DNA of 64,000 nt, from NCBI GenBank assembly GCA_001782805.1, contig MFPT01000002.1, positions 69,401-133,400 of the forward strand, in the 5' to 3' direction. The position numbers and the translations under genes are program-made. Source of the stretch: Candidatus Magasanikbacteria bacterium RIFCSPHIGHO2_01_FULL_41_23. GTDB taxonomy: Bacteria > Patescibacteriota > Patescibacteriia > Magasanikbacterales > UBA922. The notes beneath the pieces are model-generated. The model was given only the letters and a program-made list of their open reading frames with translations, had not been told where the DNA came from and did not search any database. Below are positions 57,990 to 64,000 of this stretch, piece by piece (positions within the stretch are counted from its first letter, which is position 1; each line of letters starts with the position of its first letter).

Positions 57990-58478
57990 ATGATACAAAA
58001 AGGAGGGAATAATTTTGCGTTTATTGATAGTCAAAATGTTTATCAAGGTACTAAAGAACTTGGTTGGCGTTTAGATTGGCATCGATTCAGGATATATTTA
58101 CGAGAAAAATATGAAGTCAGCCGAGCGTATTTATTTTTAGGTTATATTCCAAAAAATGAAAAAATGTATAAATGGCTGGAAAATGCCGACTTTGTTTTAT
58201 GTTTCAAAAAAGTAACTAATGTACACGGTGAAATAAAAGGAAATGTTGATGTTAATTTAACATTGAAGGCAATTCTGGAGAAAGATAATTATGACCAAGC
58301 AATTTTAGTAACGAGTGATGGAGATTTCTATCCGTTAGTTGAATATCTTACAAGCATTAATAAACTTTACACAATTCTGAGTCCTTGCGAAACAACTTGT
58401 TCAAAATTACTAAAAGAATCTGCGAAAAAAAGAATTTATTTTATGCAGAGATTAAAAGATAAAATTGGTCAAAAATGA
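57990..58478 (+). CDS. NYN domain (LabA/PIN-like) protein
   Basis: FAFIDSQNVY...VDVNLTL...ILVTSDGDFYPLV are the NYN acidic motifs. Start at the internal ATG. About 30% GC. Confidence 0.6.
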   Translation: MIQKGGNNFAFIDSQNVYQGTKELGWRLDWHRFRIYLREKYEVSRAYLFLGYIPKNEKMYKWLENADFVLCFKKVTNVHGEIKGNVDVNLTLKAILEKDNYDQAILVTSDGDFYPLVEYLTSINKLYTILSPCETTCSKLLKESAKKRIYFMQRLKDKIGQK

Positions 58479-58710
58479 AAAAGCACCTCTGTGGGAAAGA
58501 CCGCATAGAAGTGCCTTTTCGTCGTATGTGCCCCGGCAGGGGTAAGTGAGAGAGGACTGCTTAAAGACGAAACAATAAGAAGGACTCACTCGTAATATGT
58601 ATTTACACAATACAATAAAGAAAACTATTTGTCAAATTTAAAAAACACCAAAAAACTTATTGACATCATCACCTAAAAAATATACGCTTAAATCAAACTG
58701 GGAGGAGTTT

Positions 58711-59040
58711 ATGTCACAAAGAAATCGAGGGGTGGAACTCAACTTCTGGGGAGATATGTCGTTTTCTGTTGGTGCGGAATGCACTGACATGAATCCGTTC
58801 CTGCAAGCCTTGGTTTTGGCGCAACATGGAATGACTTTGGAGGACATTAAACCGCCAAAGAAAAGCCCTGAAGAACGGATTGAGACTGTCTTCATTGAAG
58901 GTCTCACGGATGATGAGCTGAGGATCATCAAACAACTGTTCGATGAAGGTCGACATAATAACTTGACCGGACGCATGATTCTCTCTGCCTACCGCGCCGG
59001 ACGCAGGGACGAGAAGGAGGACAACAGACGTCGGTCATGA
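58711..59040 (+). CDS. hypothetical 109-aa protein, GC-rich (about 50%) foreign-looking gene
   Basis: GGGAGGAG RBS 4 nt before the ATG. Composition differs sharply from its flanks. No recognisable motif. Confidence 0.45.
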   Translation: MSQRNRGVELNFWGDMSFSVGAECTDMNPFLQALVLAQHGMTLEDIKPPKKSPEERIETVFIEGLTDDELRIIKQLFDEGRHNNLTGRMILSAYRAGRRDEKEDNRRRS

Positions 59041-59055
59041 AGATGACGCAAGGCT

Positions 59056-59131
59056 AAGGAGGAAAAAACCACCCGACGCCTGTTGAGATTCTAAATAATT
59101 AGAGTTTCAGCAGGAGGATAACGGGTGATTT
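59056..59131. repeat. about 80-bp direct repeat R2 (hairpin-forming, terminator-like), right flank of NYN / GC-rich-ORF cassette
   Basis: aaaaaaccacccgacgcc ... aggagg..cgggtgattttttt. The A-run/stem/T-run geometry suggests a bidirectional terminator between convergent genes. Confidence 0.6.
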
Positions 59132-59134
59132 TTT

Positions 59135-59776
59135 TTATGGACGAAAACCGGTTTTGATTAAATTTTGAATAGGCAAAAATAATGGCTGTGGCAATTCATC
59201 CCAGGCAAACCAATTCCAACATTCCAATTTTTGCGGTTCCATATTTACCACTTCACCGGCATCATAATCTGCAACAACATAAATAGTAATATAGTGCTTA
59301 TCTTCAGTTTCAAATACATCATTGGTCGCGGTGATAAAACGAATATTTTTGATGGTAATACCGACTTCTTCCATAGTTTCTCGTTTCGCGCAGTCTTCGT
59401 ATGATTCACCAAATTCAAGATGTCCGCCTGGAAAACCCCATGTTCCGTTTCCGTGAGCATTTTTTCTTTGTCCAAGTAAAACTTTACTATCTTTTACGAT
59501 AATTACACCTAATCCGACTTTTGGTCTTTTTAGTTGTTGCTCTGTATTAATTTCTTCAATAAATAAAAATCGCGGCCGATTTCCCCATTCCCATTCCACA
59601 TTTTCCAAAAACACTTCAGCCGGACGGACCATAAATTTGCAATCCAGCGGAGTATCGTAAAGCGCTTCGTACAACACCATGCCTCCCCCATCCCAATCTT
59701 CGGAATTTTTGACGACTTTATGAACACGATACAAATTGCCTTTGTAATGACGATAGATTCCTGATTTTATTTCCAT
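59135..59776 (-). CDS. DUF1653-NUDIX hydrolase fusion protein
   Basis: N-terminal YRHYKGNLYRV (DUF1653-like). C-terminal Nudix box GFPGGHLEFGESYEDCAKRETMEEVG. Confidence 0.65.
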   Translation of the reverse strand: MEIKSGIYRHYKGNLYRVHKVVKNSEDWDGGGMVLYEALYDTPLDCKFMVRPAEVFLENVEWEWGNRPRFLFIEEINTEQQLKRPKVGLGVIIVKDSKVLLGQRKNAHGNGTWGFPGGHLEFGESYEDCAKRETMEEVGITIKNIRFITATNDVFETEDKHYITIYVVADYDAGEVVNMEPQKLECWNWFAWDELPQPLFLPIQNLIKTGFRP

Positions 59777-59806
59777 AACACAAAGTGAGTTTTTTTGATT
59801 TCAACT

Positions 59807-61183
59807 TTATTTTAATTTTCGCAAACTGCGTTGAAACGTAATCGCGAACCGATGCGCTTCATCGCGCACGCTAATCAGAAGTGCTTGATTTTGACTTACC
59901 CATTGTACAACAGCTCGTTCTTTATTGCCACTTGTTCCGAGCGGACTTGTGGTGAGCGAAGTTGAACCAGTCGAGGGAAAATAAAAATCATTACGTTTAC
60001 GCTCCGGACCTTTGGCAATGCCGACCACGGGAATGGCGATTTTTAATTCTTGCAAAATTTTCACCACGCGATTAACTTGTGGCGCGCCACCATCAATTAA
60101 AAAAATATTCGGATATGGCCATTCCGTATGATGCAGGCGCCGACGAATCACTTCATCCAAACAATCCACATCACTTTGGCCAACGACCGTGCGAATTTTA
60201 AATTTACGATATTGTGATTTGAGCGGTTCGCGAGAATTGAATACGACCATACTTCCCACTTTTCCGGTTGTGCCTAAATTGGAAATATCATAGCCTTCAA
60301 TACGAATATTTTTTGTTTCATTTTTTTGTTCCAAATCAAAAAAATTAAATGGCTTGTCCTGACTTGTACCGAGCGAAGTCGAGGTAGCCATGTCGAAGGA
60401 AAAAAAATCTTTGTTAATGAGCGCCACATCTTGAATTGCGTTAAGCGCGCGCAATTGATTACGCAAACGTCCCGCCTCTTCATATTCTTGCGAAGTGCTG
60501 GCCTGTTTCATAGCGCGTTCAAACGTCCGAATCACACTTTGTTTTTTTCCGTCTAAAAATAAAACCAACGGCCGAATTACTTTTTTATTATATTCACGTG
60601 CGCTGATTTCATTCGTGCAAACACCCAAACATTGACCGAGTTGATAATAAAAACATGGTTTGATCGCTTTTAATTTTTGGGTTTTGAATAATGAATTTTT
60701 CTGACAAGTGGAAAAATAAAACAAACGCCGCAAAATTTTCATTACTTCGCGTGTGTTTAATCCTGGATACGGACCAAATACTGCGCGAAATTCTTTTTTA
60801 TTTTGGTGCAATTCGTGCTGTCGTAATGTGCCGACTAGCGGATACGCGTCATTGCTAATCGTAATATAATTCCAGCTCTTATTATCTTTGCCCAGCACAT
60901 TATATTTAGGCTGAAATTTTTTAATGTAGACTGCTTCCAAAATCACTGCCTCCAAAACCGAATCAGTTGTTTTCCATTTGATATCCGCGATTTCATGAAG
61001 CATCTGTTCAATCGGACGAATTGTTTTTTTACCGATAAAATAACTGCGCACTCTATTTTTGAGCGATGTGGCTTTGCCCACATAAATCAATTCACCGTTT
61101 GCATGATAATACAGATAAATGCCAGCTAGGTCAGGAACAATTTTAATACAATCTAAAATTTTTCTGGAAATGGGAAAATTCAT
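59807..61183 (-). CDS. uvrC: UvrC-like excinuclease (GIY-YIG plus RNase H-like endonuclease domains; lacks C-terminal HhH)
   Basis: GIY-YIG (GIYLYYHANGELIYVGKATSLKNR..Y), central Cys-containing UvrC region, endonuclease domain (EGYDISN..GKVGSMVVF ... RDEAHRFAITF). 458 aa is short for UvrC. Confidence 0.7.
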   Translation of the reverse strand: MNFPISRKILDCIKIVPDLAGIYLYYHANGELIYVGKATSLKNRVRSYFIGKKTIRPIEQMLHEIADIKWKTTDSVLEAVILEAVYIKKFQPKYNVLGKDNKSWNYITISNDAYPLVGTLRQHELHQNKKEFRAVFGPYPGLNTREVMKILRRLFYFSTCQKNSLFKTQKLKAIKPCFYYQLGQCLGVCTNEISAREYNKKVIRPLVLFLDGKKQSVIRTFERAMKQASTSQEYEEAGRLRNQLRALNAIQDVALINKDFFSFDMATSTSLGTSQDKPFNFFDLEQKNETKNIRIEGYDISNLGTTGKVGSMVVFNSREPLKSQYRKFKIRTVVGQSDVDCLDEVIRRRLHHTEWPYPNIFLIDGGAPQVNRVVKILQELKIAIPVVGIAKGPERKRNDFYFPSTGSTSLTTSPLGTSGNKERAVVQWVSQNQALLISVRDEAHRFAITFQRSLRKLK

Positions 61184-61418
61184 AAAATTGCAAAATTACC
61201 TCCATTCATCTCATCATTTAATATCATAAAAACTATCTTGTCAAAAAAAGCAACTTTTATTCCGAACAAATATTATCCACAGCCATAACTGGACATTAAC
61301 AAAATTACTGGTATATTTCTTATATATGAAGTTAACAAGCGCCAATCACAATTCTTATTTTGCATGGTATTGGATCCCCCATAACGCTTGGTGCGATTAG
61401 TTTTTTTATAAAAGTTTA

Positions 61419-61459
61419 AAAAAATCGTCCCGAGCATAGTCGAAGGACGATTTTTTATT
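61419..61459. terminator. bidirectional Rho-independent terminator-like hairpin
   Basis: aaaaaaatcgtcc..ggacgattttttatt: a GC stem flanked by an A-run and a T-run. Confidence 0.45.
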
Positions 61460-61539
61460 GTAAAGAGAATTTTTTTAGTCTCAACAGCACAGGGTTGTCG
61501 GGACAAAAGATAGTTCTTTTGGAAAAGGAGTGGGAAAAG

Positions 61540-62067
61540 ATGAAAGGAATCACAGTTTCCTTGCCGGTTCAGATTGGAATCGGCCTCGGGATTGAATACT
61601 TCGGAATGGTCCCGGTTGAACCACAAGTTCAGCTGGACTCAATACGAGTTTATCCTGTTAGTGAGAATGGTGAGTCCGGACGGGTGACTCATTCCAACCG
61701 GATCGTGGTTGATCCGAATGATCAGAACTACGTTGCAGTGGTGAAGGCCATTCACAAGGTTCGTGATCGAAAGGATTTGAACTTCGGCCATGTGATCAAA
61801 GTCGCGTTGCCGAATCCAATCGGTTACTCGACCGGAGAGAAGATCATGTTCGTGGTCGTTCGTGAAGTAAGCTTTACGACCCGCGTCTGCCATGACATCA
61901 AGAACCGAGATGGTGTATCGGGCAAACATGCTGATGAAACCGTCCGGATGGCGATGCGACCGCGATCCAAATGCGCCAACTGGCACGCAATCGTGGATGC
62001 CTTGGCTAAAACGCTTCCGCAAGGAAACAAGACAGACAAAGGAGAAGCAGGCTATGCATCTCTCTGA
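61540..62067 (+). CDS. hypothetical 175-aa protein, GC-rich (about 52%) foreign-looking gene
   Basis: AAAGGAG RBS. Clear compositional shift from its flanks. No motif recognised. Confidence 0.45.
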   Translation: MKGITVSLPVQIGIGLGIEYFGMVPVEPQVQLDSIRVYPVSENGESGRVTHSNRIVVDPNDQNYVAVVKAIHKVRDRKDLNFGHVIKVALPNPIGYSTGEKIMFVVVREVSFTTRVCHDIKNRDGVSGKHADETVRMAMRPRSKCANWHAIVDALAKTLPQGNKTDKGEAGYASL

Positions 62068-62278
62068 AATTCTCCCGCCAGGTCTCCTCTCCGGAGACAA
62101 TAACAGTATCTTTCTGTCATGCCGGTGTCCTACCTGCAACAAAAAGCATCTGCCCGGCCAACTCAGGTTGATCGTCGCCGGAGCCCAACGCGGACTCATT
62201 GTCTGCGCGCATCACACTGATCCAGTCGCCGCGATCGAAATCGATCACGAGCTGCGCTGGTACATCGGTGTGATATGA
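62054..62278 (+). CDS. hypothetical 74-aa Cys/His-rich protein (possible zinc-binding), overlaps the previous gene by 14 nt
   Basis: AGGAGAAG RBS. CRCPTC...CAHH motif. Same GC-rich block. The overlap suggests translational coupling. Confidence 0.35.
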   Translation: MHLSEILPPGLLSGDNNSIFLSCRCPTCNKKHLPGQLRLIVAGAQRGLIVCAHHTDPVAAIEIDHELRWYIGVI

Positions 62279-62330
62279 CGGTTTGGTGTTTCCCGTTCAA
62301 AACACCAGTTCCAACGCGCACCGATATGTT

Positions 62331-63602
62331 ATGGATGCGCTGAGAATTAAAAATATGAATTTATTTTTTAAAACAAGTTATGACGCTAACCACGCTGGTT
62401 ATTTTGGTGAATTTGGCGCCAGCTTTGTACCTGAGTTATTATCTCCTGCCCTAAAAAAATTAACAATTGAATATGAAAAAATAAAAATCGATCCTATTTT
62501 TAAAAAAGAATTAATGGATTTATACCAAAACTATTCCGGCCGTCCCACACCATTATATTTCGCGGAAAATTTAAGCAAAGAATTGGGCGGCGCGAAAATT
62601 TATTTAAAAAATGAAGGATTAAATCACACGGGCGCACATAAAATAAATCATTGTTTGGGTCAAGCCTTGCTGGCCAAACGAATGGGTAAAACCAGATTGA
62701 TTGCTGAAACCGGCGCCGGCCAACACGGGCTGGCGACAGCAACCGTAGCCGCGAAATTTGGTTTTAAATGCACGGTTTATATGGGCGCTGTTGACGTCGA
62801 ACGTCAGAGGCCAAATGTACTGTGGATGGAACAATTAGGTGCGGAAGTAATTCCGGTTGAGTATGGGAGCCAACGACTCAAAGACGCGGTCATGGCAGCA
62901 CTTCAAGACTGGATCACGCATGTGGATGACAGTTATTATTTGCTTGGTTCAGTGCTCGGGCCGCATCCATATCCATCAATGGTACGCGATTTTCAAAGTA
63001 TTGTTGGTTTGGAAGTGAAAGAACAAATTCAAAAAAAAGAAGGCCGTTTGCCGGATTATCTAATTGCCTGTGTTGGTGGTGGCAGTAACGCGATTGGTTT
63101 GTTTAATGCCTTTTTAGATGATAAAAATGTTCAAATGATCGGCGTTGAAGCCGGAGGAAAAGGAATTGAAAAAATCGGCGAACACGCTGCGCGTTTGCAA
63201 GGAACACAGCGAAAAGGCGTAGTGGAGGGATTCAAATCATTTTTTCTGACTGATGCTGATGGGCAAGTCCAACCAACACACAGTATTTCCGCAGGATTGG
63301 ATTACGCGGGTATCGGTCCCCAACATGCGCATTTATTTGACCAAAAACGCGTGATATACCACTACGCCACTGACGGCGAGGTAGTTTCCGCGTTTCAAAA
63401 ATTGACCAAAACTGAAGGTATTTTCCCCGCACTGGAATCAGCGCACGCAGTTGCGGAAGCGATCAAGTTGGCGCCAACATTATCAAAAGATAAAATAATT
63501 GTCGTAAATATTTCCGGACGCGGCGACAAAGATATTTTTACGATTGGAAAAATAATGGGTGATGAAAAATGGAAAACATATTTACGAACCATTTCAGAAT
63601 AA
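62331..63602 (+). CDS. trpB: tryptophan synthase beta chain
   Basis: [13 protein letters not shown]-terminus, PLP-lysine [17 protein letters not shown]. The start could be TTG 62283, ATG 62331 or ATG 62355. Confidence 0.9.
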   Translation: MDALRIKNMNLFFKTSYDANHAGYFGEFGASFVPELLSPALKKLTIEYEKIKIDPIFKKELMDLYQNYSGRPTPLYFAENLSKELGGAKIYLKNEGLNHTGAHKINHCLGQALLAKRMGKTRLIAETGAGQHGLATATVAAKFGFKCTVYMGAVDVERQRPNVLWMEQLGAEVIPVEYGSQRLKDAVMAALQDWITHVDDSYYLLGSVLGPHPYPSMVRDFQSIVGLEVKEQIQKKEGRLPDYLIACVGGGSNAIGLFNAFLDDKNVQMIGVEAGGKGIEKIGEHAARLQGTQRKGVVEGFKSFFLTDADGQVQPTHSISAGLDYAGIGPQHAHLFDQKRVIYHYATDGEVVSAFQKLTKTEGIFPALESAHAVAEAIKLAPTLSKDKIIVVNISGRGDKDIFTIGKIMGDEKWKTYLRTISE

Positions 63603-63605
63603 CCA

Positions 63606-64000
63606 TATGCAAAAATTGAAATTGATGACGCATGCCGTGATTGGATACCCGACACTGGCAAAAACTCGCGAGCTTATAAAAGTTATGGCCGCGAGCGATG
63701 TTGATTACATTGAATTACAAATCCCTTTTTCCGATCCATTGGGAGATGGTCCAGTCATTCGGCGCGCAAACACCGTGGCTCTGCAACAAAAAACCAGAGT
63801 TGAAGATGCCTTTATTTTGGTCACGCAATTACGAACAGAGGATAAAATTGCGACTCCATTTTTTTTCATGACATACTTTAATATAATTTTTTCATATGAT
63901 CCTGAAAAATTTTGCGCGCGTGCAGCGAGTTGTGGCGTCCAAGGCTTGATTGTCCCGGATTATAATCCTGATTTAGATACACGGGAAAAATTACAAAGCA
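63606..64000 (+). CDS. trpA: tryptophan synthase alpha chain (truncated by window end)
   Basis: ELQIPFSDPLGDGPVI is the TrpA active-site region. Starts 3 bp after trpB. Confidence 0.85.

Noticed and set aside
59127-59147. Tiny ORF ATGGACGAAAACCGGTTTTGA after an AGGAGG in direct repeat R2
   Set aside because: Six codons only. More plausibly the sequence is part of a terminator hairpin or att-like repeat.
1-64000. CRISPR arrays, rRNA or tRNA genes
   Set aside because: I saw no regularly spaced short direct repeats with unique spacers, no tRNA cloverleaf signatures (GTTCGAATC-type T-loops) and no rRNA-like conserved blocks. tRNAscan-SE and cmscan would be needed to confirm.

Overview
This 64 kb window is AT-rich (about 35-40% GC), gene-dense and mostly housekeeping DNA from a small-genome bacterium. 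The style is compatible with Patescibacteria/CPR, but that cannot be proven from sequence alone.

Recognisable genes:
- Cell wall and division: a Mur ligase, murA, ctpA, a dcw fragment (mraZ-rsmH-ftsL) and a WecA/MraY-family transferase.
- Nucleotide and cofactor metabolism: pyrG, glyA, ribH, ribE, a riboflavin kinase, tsaE and trpBA.
- Replication and repair: an intein-containing dnaB, ybaB-recR and a truncated uvrC-like gene.
- Other: era, rplU, an Elp3-like radical-SAM/GNAT protein, two Nramp-family transporters and five NUDIX hydrolases (one fused to DUF1653).
- A large surface-glycan cluster at about 26.8-43.1 kb: rmlA, rmlB, rmlD, an FdtA-like cupin, four GT2, one GT4, one GT-C and an MFS transporter.
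- An ECF sigma / anti-sigma / LTXXQ envelope-stress module.

Accessory-looking content:
- HicAB toxin-antitoxin, a RhuM-family gene, a DinD-like gene and a NYN-domain gene.
- Three short GC-rich (50-62%) foreign-looking insertions: a 2OG-Fe(II) oxygenase, a 109-aa ORF, and an overlapping two-gene operon just upstream of trpB.
- A membrane-anchored ClpB/ClpC-like ATPase with a DnaJ-type zinc finger and a degenerate first ATPase domain.
- A protein built from 27-bp tandem repeats.
- Two poly-G/C tracts upstream of compositionally atypical genes.

The most striking non-coding signal is a MITE-like repeat family in four copies (two of them near-identical, about 115 bp with about 28-bp terminal inverted repeats). 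Each copy sits 50-100 bp upstream of a gene, always in the same orientation, and carries a TATAAT-like box. Each is preceded by a long conserved hairpin or terminator, giving a recurring hairpin-element-gene architecture. No rRNA, tRNA or CRISPR array was recognised by eye.
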